From: Paramoeba atlantica
Taxonomy: Eukaryota > Protista > Discosea
Assembly (NCBI GenBank): GCA_977017575.1
Contig: CDRNVI010000039.1
Span: 434,001-498,000 of the forward strand
DNA: 64,000 nt
Direction of reading: 5' to 3'
Shown here: positions 9,990 through 19,630 of the stretch, in pieces
Position numbering within the stretch: position 1 is the stretch's first letter
How the letters are laid out: each line of letters opens with the position of its first letter
Notes under the pieces: generated by a model
What the model saw: only the letters and a program-made list of their open reading frames with translations
Databases searched by the model: none
What the model was told of the DNA's origin: nothing
Position numbers and translations under genes: made by a program

Positions 9990-12755
9990 CTAATCGGACT
10001 CACCTTGTAAGGAATCAAAAAAGTTGTCCTGCTCAACAGAACCACCGACATTCTCGTTTGACTCACTTTGAGGCACCGTGCTTGAACTACGTTTTTTACA
10101 AAGCTTTGCTATGGTACTTAATACGGAAATATTCAGTCGAGGAGCGGGTGATCCACATTTTAAAGAAGTCTTTGGAAAGGTTTTCGTAGACCCCACTTGA
10201 GTTTCTTCTTGATCCATTGTTTCATCTGTAACCGTGGAATCCTCAGGCTTGTCCAATCCGAGGCGTTCAATGTTTTCATCATATTCGTCTTGAGCTTGCT
10301 CTACTAATGTTTCCGTTTCCACACCCTGAAGGTTTGCAAACTGTTCTTCCCATACGTCCACGTCAAATTCTGGTGAAAACGCATCGTCCAATATAACCGA
10401 ATCTGATGGCGACAACGAATCACACTTTAGAGCCACCTTCTTTTGCTCTTCAATGTCTCTGGTGAGTGACAACAGCGGAGGTATACGTGCAAATACATCG
10501 CTTTTGTCTCGCAAAGCCAGCAAAGTATCCCAAAATCGTCTCTGATACAAGGTTGTAAAGATAGATAACAACGAAGTACGAAGTAAATTATTTGTTCGAC
10601 GTTCTGCAAGAAGATCCAAAGTAGAGATAAGGTAGCCTTCCAGTGAAGATACATCACTTCGACTACAAGCTGTGAAGGTATCACGCAACACATCCGCAGC
10701 CGCCAACCGCAGACCCATAGATTGTTTTGTGTTGACAACATAATTTTCCATCTCATTAAGTGTTTTGGATGCAAAGAGAGTTTGTGCAAAAAAATTCCAG
10801 TGTGTTCTAATACAGAAAGCAAGCAGACTCAGTTGAGTACGCGAATGTGCAACATGCGAATCCTCCATCAATTTCTTCAACAATCCGTGAGAGTCTGCGA
10901 GAAATATATCCCGAAATGGTATCTGATACGTAGAATATGCGCCGGGTGATATAGAGAGAAGCAAATAAAATGTTTCTCTCCATTGCACAGCGATAGGTTC
11001 TGTACCCTCACGGAGCACTCGGTCTAACATCATGTGAAGGAGTGGGAACTTCGCGACCACCTCTTCCTCACTTATAAGGTACTCACGAACTTTTTCCGTA
11101 CGCAACCCTGCCAATTGGTACCAGAGATCGCTGACGGCCCCACGGAGCCGAGTGCTGGAAGCACAAACAACATACGTGGTTCCATAAAGTATTCGATTCG
11201 CCAAAAGTGTGTCAAAATATTCTTCTCGAACGGCAAGCTGGAAAAAATTTGTTTTCATAAGCGACATAATCTCATACAAAACGCCCAACGAAAATGGAGT
11301 AAGTTTTTTACAAAGCGCACGCATAAGTGTCTTGTCTTGATAAACTTGCCGGTAGCATTCAAGTCGCATCTTGTTTAAGTGAGCAGGAAGCGCACCTCCA
11401 GATACACTTTCGTCTTCCACTAAACGCGGTGCAACACTTTCTCTGAGGTATGACAGGGCATAGATGTACTTGACTTTTCGAAGTTGATCCTCACTCCAAG
11501 GGATATCAGATGACTTGATAGTATCAATAGTGCCCGAGACTATTGAATCGTGTGTAATTCCCCGAGGATTTATCTCCGAATCAAACTCTAGGATTCTAAT
11601 GAGACGCCTAATCGCCTCGTAGGATCCTAATAGTGAAACAAATATGTTATGATTCGGTCGAGCGCATACTTGTGATAATACCAAACGCGTAACGTGCACG
11701 ATATTTTTTAGCAATGTTGATTGTTCTGAATTTTGAAGCGATGCATCGGACGGGAAGAATGCCAAAAAGCTTTCTAATACTATGGGGTAATTTCCAAGAA
11801 GCGGCAATAAACAATCGTGTTCGTATAACGCCAGAAGAGAAAAATGTAATTCAGTAAATTTCTGTTCATCACTCATTGATTTTTGATTCGGATAGGTTTC
11901 CTCACGATTTTCCAGTGAAGGCGAAGACACTTCTGAACATTTCTCGGGATCACCCACTGATTTTAGGTTGATTCCTGCCGGTGAAAACTCGGTGTGGTTG
12001 ATGTGCGCAGCGTCAATGTTCGCTCCCCCTGATACGTCAAAATACAAGTCCAAAACAGTTTTCAAAGGACCTTGTAACACGCGTAGACTTAAATTTCTTT
12101 CCCTTGATGGGATAAAAATACCTCTTGGAACACCCACTGCATCTTGCGAAGCGCTACTAAAGTTCCGCCTTTGTACGACACCTGTATCTAAATCAGGATC
12201 GTTTTGCTCATCTCGACTTCGTTTGAGCTTATTATTGACATCATAAAAGGTTGAAATCCCATCTTCACCTGAGAAATTCTCCGTAACCCCTTCGGCATCG
12301 GAGGAGTGGTATTCTTCGGAATTGAAATCGGGAACTTGCACCCCCAAAGTTTCGTTCATTATTTCCACTTGCAAACATTCAAGAATAGTCAACGTTTCCT
12401 GACATGCAGCCCGGCTTTGAAAGGCCAGGGCTACTTCTCGCTGCAGGGAGCTGTCATGCCACATAAGAATGGTTTCTTCTGATGATCGGTAGGAGTCATC
12501 TGGAGTGACGTCGGTTTCTAACAATGCAACTTCTCCATCGAGTACTGATAGCAGTCGACCATTCTCAGACAACGTCAGTGTACCCACTCCTTCCGGCTGC
12601 CAATTGCCAACGTCGTCCAAAAAATAAAGTTTCACAAGGTGCAAAAAACTGGAGTCCGTATCTTGGTTGTGATCGTTTCCTGTCGGAACAGATACCGCCT
12701 CACTGGGCGTAACTGTGTCTTCCTCACTGTTTTCTGAAATTGGTTTCGTGCTCAT
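9990..12755 (-). CDS. PPP4R3: Protein phosphatase 4 regulatory subunit 3 (SMEK/Psy2)
   Basis: N-terminal EVH1-like domain (VKLYFL...W...GVG...EETILMW...ALAFQSRAAC) and SMK-1-like region (RILEFD, YALSYLRESVAPRLVED). Confidence 0.85.
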   Translation of the reverse strand: MSTKPISENSEEDTVTPSEAVSVPTGNDHNQDTDSSFLHLVKLYFLDDVGNWQPEGVGTLTLSENGRLLSVLDGEVALLETDVTPDDSYRSSEETILMWHDSSLQREVALAFQSRAACQETLTILECLQVEIMNETLGVQVPDFNSEEYHSSDAEGVTENFSGEDGISTFYDVNNKLKRSRDEQNDPDLDTGVVQRRNFSSASQDAVGVPRGIFIPSRERNLSLRVLQGPLKTVLDLYFDVSGGANIDAAHINHTEFSPAGINLKSVGDPEKCSEVSSPSLENREETYPNQKSMSDEQKFTELHFSLLALYEHDCLLPLLGNYPIVLESFLAFFPSDASLQNSEQSTLLKNIVHVTRLVLSQVCARPNHNIFVSLLGSYEAIRRLIRILEFDSEINPRGITHDSIVSGTIDTIKSSDIPWSEDQLRKVKYIYALSYLRESVAPRLVEDESVSGGALPAHLNKMRLECYRQVYQDKTLMRALCKKLTPFSLGVLYEIMSLMKTNFFQLAVREEYFDTLLANRILYGTTYVVCASSTRLRGAVSDLWYQLAGLRTEKVREYLISEEEVVAKFPLLHMMLDRVLREGTEPIAVQWRETFYLLLSISPGAYSTYQIPFRDIFLADSHGLLKKLMEDSHVAHSRTQLSLLAFCIRTHWNFFAQTLFASKTLNEMENYVVNTKQSMGLRLAAADVLRDTFTACSRSDVSSLEGYLISTLDLLAERRTNNLLRTSLLSIFTTLYQRRFWDTLLALRDKSDVFARIPPLLSLTRDIEEQKKVALKCDSLSPSDSVILDDAFSPEFDVDVWEEQFANLQGVETETLVEQAQDEYDENIERLGLDKPEDSTVTDETMDQEETQVGSTKTFPKTSLKCGSPAPRLNISVLSTIAKLCKKRSSSTVPQSESNENVGGSVEQDNFFDSLQGESD

Positions 12756-13210
12756 AAGATCAGATCCAGCTGATGGAAAGTTTTACGGTAATATGATTCG
12801 TACTGCTCTGTCGATAAATTTCCAAAGCAAACGTTTCTTAAATATCTCAAGACATGAAGAATATCTCAAGAACAGAACTGAATATCTCAAGAGATAGATT
12901 GAGTCAATAAATAATGATCTTTTATGAATAAGAAGCGCGCAGTTAAATTCATAGTGGCAGTTAGTAAGGTAGTTAATAATAATTTAACTTAAATTACGAT
13001 TAATAATGATTAAGAAAATCCAATTGAATGACAAAAAGGAACATTTCTAGTTTCCATGTCGGACTTTCACCGGGGAGGATAGTACGAGGACAACTGCGCT
13101 ACCAAGTAATGATCGTAGCGCGAACTACACTATGAAGCAGCAGGTAATGCGTAGGTATAAAGTGCGAATTGCTAAAAAATCTGACCTAAAACGGACGCAT
13201 TCCTTGTTCT

Positions 13211-13678
13211 TTACCTCCGTTCCTTGGAAGCCTGATCTAAAATTTGCTGAACCGAAAACTGAAATTTCGGCTGACATGATAAATACTGAAAGTCAGTTGA
13301 AGATCGATCTAACTTATTCCACATTTTTTTCTGCACATCTAGATGGTAAGGATCTTGCTGGATGCGGCGAGCTTCTCTCACTCGGATCCAATAAGCGTCC
13401 TTGTATCGGTCTGGAACTGGAATGGTGTAGTAATCCAAGTCAGGGACTAAGAACGTTGTTTTCTCAATATGTGGGTCATGCACAGCGGCCCCGGTTGAAT
13501 CCAGATTACAGTGAGAATAACGAAGTCTGCGCGGCTCGTATTCAATCAAGGGGTCCCATACTTTGTGGGGGACGTATTGCTCCTTATTTAGCAGACGTTT
13601 TAGTTGCTGCGAGACAAGACCGTCAGATTTGGTACGTAAAACCGGCTTTTTCCAATGAATGCGGGTAAAATGAAGCAT
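13211..13678 (-). CDS. Small basic, probably mitochondrial protein; possibly mitoribosomal mL41-like
   Basis: Presequence-like start (MLHFTRIHWKK). TFLVPDL recalls the mL41 FVVPDL motif. Weak evidence only. Confidence 0.4.
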   Translation of the reverse strand: MLHFTRIHWKKPVLRTKSDGLVSQQLKRLLNKEQYVPHKVWDPLIEYEPRRLRYSHCNLDSTGAAVHDPHIEKTTFLVPDLDYYTIPVPDRYKDAYWIRVREARRIQQDPYHLDVQKKMWNKLDRSSTDFQYLSCQPKFQFSVQQILDQASKERR

Positions 13679-13766
13679 GTGAACTATCTATTTTATGTAA
13701 AATAAGAAAAAGAACGACGCACTAACGCGGCTATAAATTAGCACCTACATGTGTAAATGTAAATTA

Positions 13767-14355
13767 ATAAACCCGCGCCCACGAATAAGTGATCCCTTTA
13801 TTTTTCGCATGAGAGGGAACCATACCACTTTTTCGTTCAAAATTCTGAGATCTGTACGTTCCCGCTGCTTTTAGCTCATTTTAAAACAGAAACAAATTAT
13901 CAAAAAATTGCCTTCCAAGTTCAAAGATGCCCAAAGTATCGTATCGGCTCCCAAGAGGGGAGATAAAGTTCTTTTGAGGATGAGACACGAAGATGCAGGT
14001 GAGGGGCTACGGGTGAAACGTCGCGAAACCTCGATGAAACCTGGGTAAAACCTCACCACCCGCAGCCCCTCAAATGATAATAGAATGTAGGTAAGGCGCG
14101 GTCAGAAAGCAGCCCGCGTCAAAAAGCACGTTGGGCACCAAGATGCCAAGTTTGGGGTGCTATAGGGGTAGGGTGGAGTTATTTGGTTATTCTACAAGAT
14201 GACACATCTTGTACTTCCCCCCCAATCGTATATTTCAACAGGATGGGGCAACGGCACACGCTGCCCGTGCCTTCAAGGAGTACATTGAAAATCGTGAGTG
14301 ATATTCTAAAAAAATGGCCTTCAACTCGCTAGACTATTCACCTATTAATAATAGG
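13767..14355 (+). mobile_element. Truncated Tc1/mariner relic (left end plus decayed transposase)
   Basis: 13767 onward (ATAAACCCGCGCCCACGAATAAGTGATCCC...CCACTTTTTCGTTCAAAATTCTGAGATCT) matches the left end of the 51039 element. Encodes IFQQDGATAH at 14230 and a frameshifted WPSNSxDxSPI-like segment. No right TIR found. Confidence 0.8.
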
Positions 14356-14513
14356 AAAATAATTTGATAAAAATGGAGCACGTGCGATACTATTTAATGA
14401 ATATTGAATCACACTCTAGAGAAATTCTCGGCAGATTATTGAAATTTCTTCAAGTAATCAAGATTTCCAAGCGCTGTGTTAAAGTTGTTTAGAAAACAAC
14501 TGATTTTACCCTC

Positions 14514-16244
14514 TCAAGAACGAGGTATCACCAAATGATTAGGTTCGTGAAGCGCAATTTTATCTAAGATAGGATTTAAATCGCATCCAAAGTGTCGCAT
14601 CCCTTGACACATTTGCTTTAACCTTGCAAAGTCCAAAATAACTTTCCATTCATTGTGAGCGCGTTCTATTAAAAAACTTACAAGTTCCGCATCTCCTACG
14701 GAAGCTGCTTTTTCTAAGACTTGGTGAACAATGTCCAAATCAAGCCTAGCCTTCCTCTGCAAAGTAGTTTTAGAATTCGCTGATGTTGCATTTATTATCG
14801 ATTCGTCTTCTTGGGGATTCTCCTTGTCAGAAGGTGATTCTGGATTGCCCAGTAAATCTAAATATTCTAGTGCTTCATCCATTTTGTCAGCCGCGAGGGC
14901 TTGCCGAACAAGAATTTTGTATATGTGAATCGTGGGAGTGACGCCGTGCTGTGGCATTGACTCAAATACCGCCTTTTGATGCCGCGCTCTATTCTTTCCC
15001 CCACAACATTGAATCAAGAAATAGTAAGTTTGCAAATTTGGTTTATGCTCAAAGCCTGAAAAGGCATCCACAGTCTCCAATGCGCGCTGTTCGTCATAAA
15101 GTTTCGCACAGGCTTGTACTATGAGATTCAAACTTTGAAGTGCAATCTTCTCTCCTCCGTTTCTTTTTTTCTCGAGGTGATAAAACGCTTTGTCGACTTC
15201 CTGACTACTACTCGCTAGACCGGAGGCGAGTATCATAAGATAGTGCGTGTCCATCGTCACGCGAACGGAATCAATATTAAATTTTCTTCGCCCTTCATGG
15301 TGTTCTAGCAAGCCACGATTCCCCATTTCGTTGACTAAGTCGAGGGCGGCAGCATACCGTTTGGCAACCGCATAGCAGTAGACCATAAGGCCCTGAATAT
15401 CGTGGCTCTTTGGATAACAATGTCGGTCCATTAAAGCAAGTAGAAGTTCTGCCGTCCAAACGTCCCCCTTGCGTGCACACTTTATAAAGCACGACATTAA
15501 AACCGTTGAATTGTGCAGAACATCGCGCAACAAAATTTTCTCCAATACGCATACTTGTTCCAATTCAAATAATACCCACATCAGCTCGTCTGCGGAAGCA
15601 TTATCATTGACTGCTAAACCTTCCGCAACCTCCAACAAGGTTTTGTAGTCCGCAGCATTCACCTTTGTCATGCTTTTGACAACGTCAATAACAAACGTAG
15701 GGTCGGGATGCGATGTGATAATGGGAGTAAGGATATTTCGGAGCGTATAGGCTGTGGGAGACACGTCACGCCGTCTCATTTCCTTCCATAGACCTGTCAC
15801 TTCAATGTCTGTTCTGTAATGTATCTCCATAAGAGCCTGATAAGTATGTGAATCAGGCAAAAGGCCATTCTCATCCATAATCTTTCTAACAAGTTGAAGC
15901 TCCTCAAATTGTAGGTGCTCTGCGTTTGAACGCGCAATGGAAGTAAGATATAAATTACAAATCGCTGTACTCACTAGAGGAAAACATGCATTGCTATTAG
16001 GATTTTTGCATAGTTCCTGATGGGTACGATGCGCGCTGTGAAAAACGCGTTGGGCTAAATTTGTTTCGCTACGGTCTGTACATACGCGAAGAAACAATCC
16101 TATGATATCCCGTAGCTCAAATTTATCGTTACAGATTTGCAGAAAAGATTTATTCTGACGTAAGCACTGCTCCATTTCAACCATCACTTCCATTGTTTTG
16201 CGTTCTTGTACTAGAGAGTTTAATCGACGTAAGAGGCTTGTCAT
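14514..16244 (-). CDS. Pentatricopeptide-repeat (PPR) protein
   Basis: Repeated PPR turns: LLPDSHTYQALM, VSPTAYTLRNIL, KPNLQTYYFLI, VTPTIHIYKILV. First ATG at 16244 (the track start 16292 is TTG). Confidence 0.8.
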   Translation of the reverse strand: MTSLLRRLNSLVQERKTMEVMVEMEQCLRQNKSFLQICNDKFELRDIIGLFLRVCTDRSETNLAQRVFHSAHRTHQELCKNPNSNACFPLVSTAICNLYLTSIARSNAEHLQFEELQLVRKIMDENGLLPDSHTYQALMEIHYRTDIEVTGLWKEMRRRDVSPTAYTLRNILTPIITSHPDPTFVIDVVKSMTKVNAADYKTLLEVAEGLAVNDNASADELMWVLFELEQVCVLEKILLRDVLHNSTVLMSCFIKCARKGDVWTAELLLALMDRHCYPKSHDIQGLMVYCYAVAKRYAAALDLVNEMGNRGLLEHHEGRRKFNIDSVRVTMDTHYLMILASGLASSSQEVDKAFYHLEKKRNGGEKIALQSLNLIVQACAKLYDEQRALETVDAFSGFEHKPNLQTYYFLIQCCGGKNRARHQKAVFESMPQHGVTPTIHIYKILVRQALAADKMDEALEYLDLLGNPESPSDKENPQEDESIINATSANSKTTLQRKARLDLDIVHQVLEKAASVGDAELVSFLIERAHNEWKVILDFARLKQMCQGMRHFGCDLNPILDKIALHEPNHLVIPRS

Positions 16245-16735
16245 TGAACGCGAAGTTTTGTTCTCAATTTTAAGACATGCATCAATGAACAACTATTTTC
16301 ACACTTCAACGCCATCCTCGTGTAAATTCAATAGGGAAATAACTCATCGAAAGCGGAGACAATCAAAAGTCTGAAATCATGACTTCCCGAAAACCCTAGT
16401 ATTTCCCCAAAGCAGTTTGTATGCAATTAAATAAAATTTACTATCAATGTACTTTTGTTTAAACTTTAAAGTGTAGAAAATACACGTAGTATTATCATAT
16501 ACTGCGTAAAACGAACAAGCAGATATGCCAGGTCTCGTGGGTTCTGAAGAAATTGCACATCCTGAAAGGGTAGTCACGATTCTTTAGGAAGTTTGTAACT
16601 AAATACCGTAGGTCACGCTCTTGAAGTCAAACGATATGGGCATTAGGTGTCTTCCTATACAGTATATCAAGATAATGCCTTGTACATCATGTATATCCTG
16701 TATATCAAGATAATGCCACGTGTATTCTACCAGAG

Positions 16736-17350
16736 CTAAGATCGTAATAGTGGCTTTAAAACCTTCAGATAAAGCAGTATCAGTATGACTAACACGAGAA
16801 TAAGCATGATCACCAATATAAGAACGTTCCGATTTCGGAGAGCCTTACCCATCTGCGTAAGAAGTCTTCGAGCCCTAGTTGTCTGTTGATATGAATCTCG
16901 GGCTACATCGGACGCATTACGCATAGATTCTTTCTGCTTAGCAAGATTAAGTAAAATTTGTCCCCCCATTTCCTCCGAGTCAGCGATAAGCCGCTCACTC
17001 TCTGATATAATTGAATTTTGTTTTAGAATAGTATCATGCACCATGATTTTTGTTTCCCCAAGCAAGGACAACGTACGCGAATCGCTGCTTGGATCCAATA
17101 CACGTTTTCTCTTGAACTCTTGTTCGAGTGTGTTTAGCTCTCGCAGGTAACTTTCAAAACGAAGTCTTAGATGACTGTACTGAGGAGGAACTTGGTCAAT
17201 TTTTGCCGCCATTTCCTGGACCAGGCATTGAATTCCATCGAAAGAGTTTTTCACAGACGACAATGAAATTTCTGAATTCCAAATACCTTTTTGCAGTTTG
17301 TTGATAGACTCTCTGAATTCGTTCTCTAACGAAGTGAATTCACGCAACAT
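16736..17350 (-). CDS. VTI1: Qb-SNARE, VTI1-like
   Basis: N-terminal helical bundle, SNARE coil (LAKQKESMRN...ARRLLTQM), C-terminal TM helix; about 200 aa. Confidence 0.75.
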   Translation of the reverse strand: MLREFTSLENEFRESINKLQKGIWNSEISLSSVKNSFDGIQCLVQEMAAKIDQVPPQYSHLRLRFESYLRELNTLEQEFKRKRVLDPSSDSRTLSLLGETKIMVHDTILKQNSIISESERLIADSEEMGGQILLNLAKQKESMRNASDVARDSYQQTTRARRLLTQMGKALRNRNVLILVIMLILVLVILILLYLKVLKPLLRS

Positions 17351-18244
17351 AGAGAATAAACGTTTGCATATTAGAATTGTTGAACTAGTAAATTTTGTTC
17401 AGATTTTCCAAATCTTGTGCGTTTTATAGAAAGACATGTTCAAACACTCTGAACATCCACTCATTTTTTACTACTTTTTCGACAAAGGGACAATTAAGTA
17501 GGGGGTGTTGGTCTATGACAAGTAAATGGGGGTTCGCAGTAATTAGTATCGCTTAGTCTGAGTCGGCGGGGGATCGCTACCAACCTCTCTTTTTTTGATT
17601 TTTTATAAGAGACTTTTTTGGTGAAAAGGGACGTTTTCCTCCCAAAACAAGTTTTTTTTTTTCGTGGGAGTTTCGCAGACACAATTTCTGTATTACCTAA
17701 GCGAGTGATTAAACATCATATTTTTGTTGCTCACACGACTCCGCTCTATCTTTTTTCTTTGCATAGGCTGTAAAATACAGCTGTAAAATAACGTATGCAT
17801 AGGCTGTAAAATAACGTGACCGCATCACGTTTTGTAGTTGGGAATCTTTGATGACGTGGTGATAGAGGCTTGTACCGCGCGATGTGAATTAGGGACTTCT
17901 TGTAATCCACTGTTTAAGGAATTTAAAATCTTTTTCCAGGCTCAGAACCGGAACCAAGGTAAAGCTCATACGTTTCCTTCTTTGGTAGAGTTATTAAATA
18001 GAATAACTTAAAAATTTTGGGGAAAAAATTCCCTTTTGACCCACGTTTTTTGCTCTGTCCTGAGTAAGTGGCATGAAAACGTGGCACCCAATCTTCAAGG
18101 CGGTACATTCGGTAAATACATGTATTGCTACTCAGCGTGCTTCTAAGTTACATGAACCAAAACCGCCCTCCGAATTACTAGGAAGAGGTCTATTGCTCAT
18201 TCGATATGCCGGAGCTTGCAAATAACACATGATCATGCTTTGTG

Positions 18245-19201
18245 CTATGAAGCATCCGTCACTGAGAACCGAAGATCCCACATTTCCGGAGGTGAACATG
18301 GAATACTGGGATTACCAGTAGGTAAAACCTGCTTGCTTTCGGATACAAGAATTGGAGGCTGTGTTTGATCAGCGCTGATTCGGGTCGCATGTGAATCTTC
18401 AACTTGAGGCGTCACGCTTTCTGTACGTTGCACCATTTTGTGGTGATGTAACTCAGGCCGATACCTAACATTCCTCCTTTTCTCGTTCACTAATTTTTTC
18501 ATTGCATTTTCTCTACTGGGGCAAGTGTTTTGTGTGGTTCTCTCAGCGCAATGCCCTTTTTTTGACGACAGGGATATGATTGGAATGTCTGCACATACAT
18601 CAGGGCGGTTCGTTGGTGTACTTATTTGGTTCGTTGTATGGCTCGAAAAACTTTGTTTTCCTGTAGGTGCGAAAACTGACTGATCCAGCAAATTTGCTCT
18701 TCCAGGAAATGTAGAACGATCGACGTTCCACGTTGTGCGTGGTAGTATGGTTGGAGACTTTTTGTGCAACACAGTTTTCTCATGGATATTTGATTGCGAA
18801 GAAATTATTGGAACTTCGTCTAAAATAGGCCTACTTGCTTGTCCCACATTCATTTCTTCAGAAAACCGTGAAGACACAGAAATACGTTCGTTTGCAAATA
18901 ATTCTTTCTCGGAATCTGATTCGTTTTGCGAATTAGTGACAATATCTAATATTTCTGAATCAGGATTGATGTCAGCAAGGATTATGATCACACTCACAAA
19001 AGAACGTTTGTGCCCGGACTCATAGTTCGTATTGTTCAAAAGTGAGGTTAGTTCAGTCTCTTGTTCAATCCACTTCTCTTCAAGATGTTTCTGCTTTATT
19101 CGTAGTTTTCGAAGCGCCTTTTTATATTTGCGGATACGCCTACAATGCTCAGAAAGAATTCCTTTGAGTTCGTAAGAAACGTTCATTCCGTTTTCCTTCA
19201 T
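18245..19201 (-). CDS. Hypothetical protein: N-terminal coiled coil, disordered middle, CtIP/Sae2-like C-terminal motif
   Basis: 318-codon ATG ORF. Terminal PCSPPEMWDLRF resembles the CtIP/Sae2 P-x-TPPxFWxxxF motif. Confidence 0.5.
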   Translation of the reverse strand: MKENGMNVSYELKGILSEHCRRIRKYKKALRKLRIKQKHLEEKWIEQETELTSLLNNTNYESGHKRSFVSVIIILADINPDSEILDIVTNSQNESDSEKELFANERISVSSRFSEEMNVGQASRPILDEVPIISSQSNIHEKTVLHKKSPTILPRTTWNVDRSTFPGRANLLDQSVFAPTGKQSFSSHTTNQISTPTNRPDVCADIPIISLSSKKGHCAERTTQNTCPSRENAMKKLVNEKRRNVRYRPELHHHKMVQRTESVTPQVEDSHATRISADQTQPPILVSESKQVLPTGNPSIPCSPPEMWDLRFSVTDAS

Positions 19202-19630
19202 TGCAGGAAGCGTACCTAAACAGAATGTTCATGCGACAATTTGCATGCAAACTGGGGTCATCCTCATAAGAAACAAATTGAGTAGTGTTTATGTACTAGA
19301 TTTATCGCGATATCGTATCAAGGCCATTTTCGCTACGGAAAGAAAACAAAACCACCCTCTAGATCGAATCTCTTAATTGCTACAAACTTTCCGTTAATCA
19401 AATTTATGCCTCGAATTCGACACCAATAAATGCAATTGATACAAAGTGATATGACAACTAGGTACGATAACTACTAGTGGGTATCTACAGTGTAGTAACG
19501 AACAAAATTTTATTCATGTAAGTTTCAGTATACTGCGAAACACAATGTATGCTTTAAAAAAGCACGTTTCGAAAGAGAAAGTTCAAAAACGATATTCTGT
19601 GCCGTATATACAATTAGCTTAAAACTTATT

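Noticed and set aside
13132-13668. 178-aa plus-strand ORF
   Set aside because: Overlaps a more plausible minus-strand ORF; no motif.
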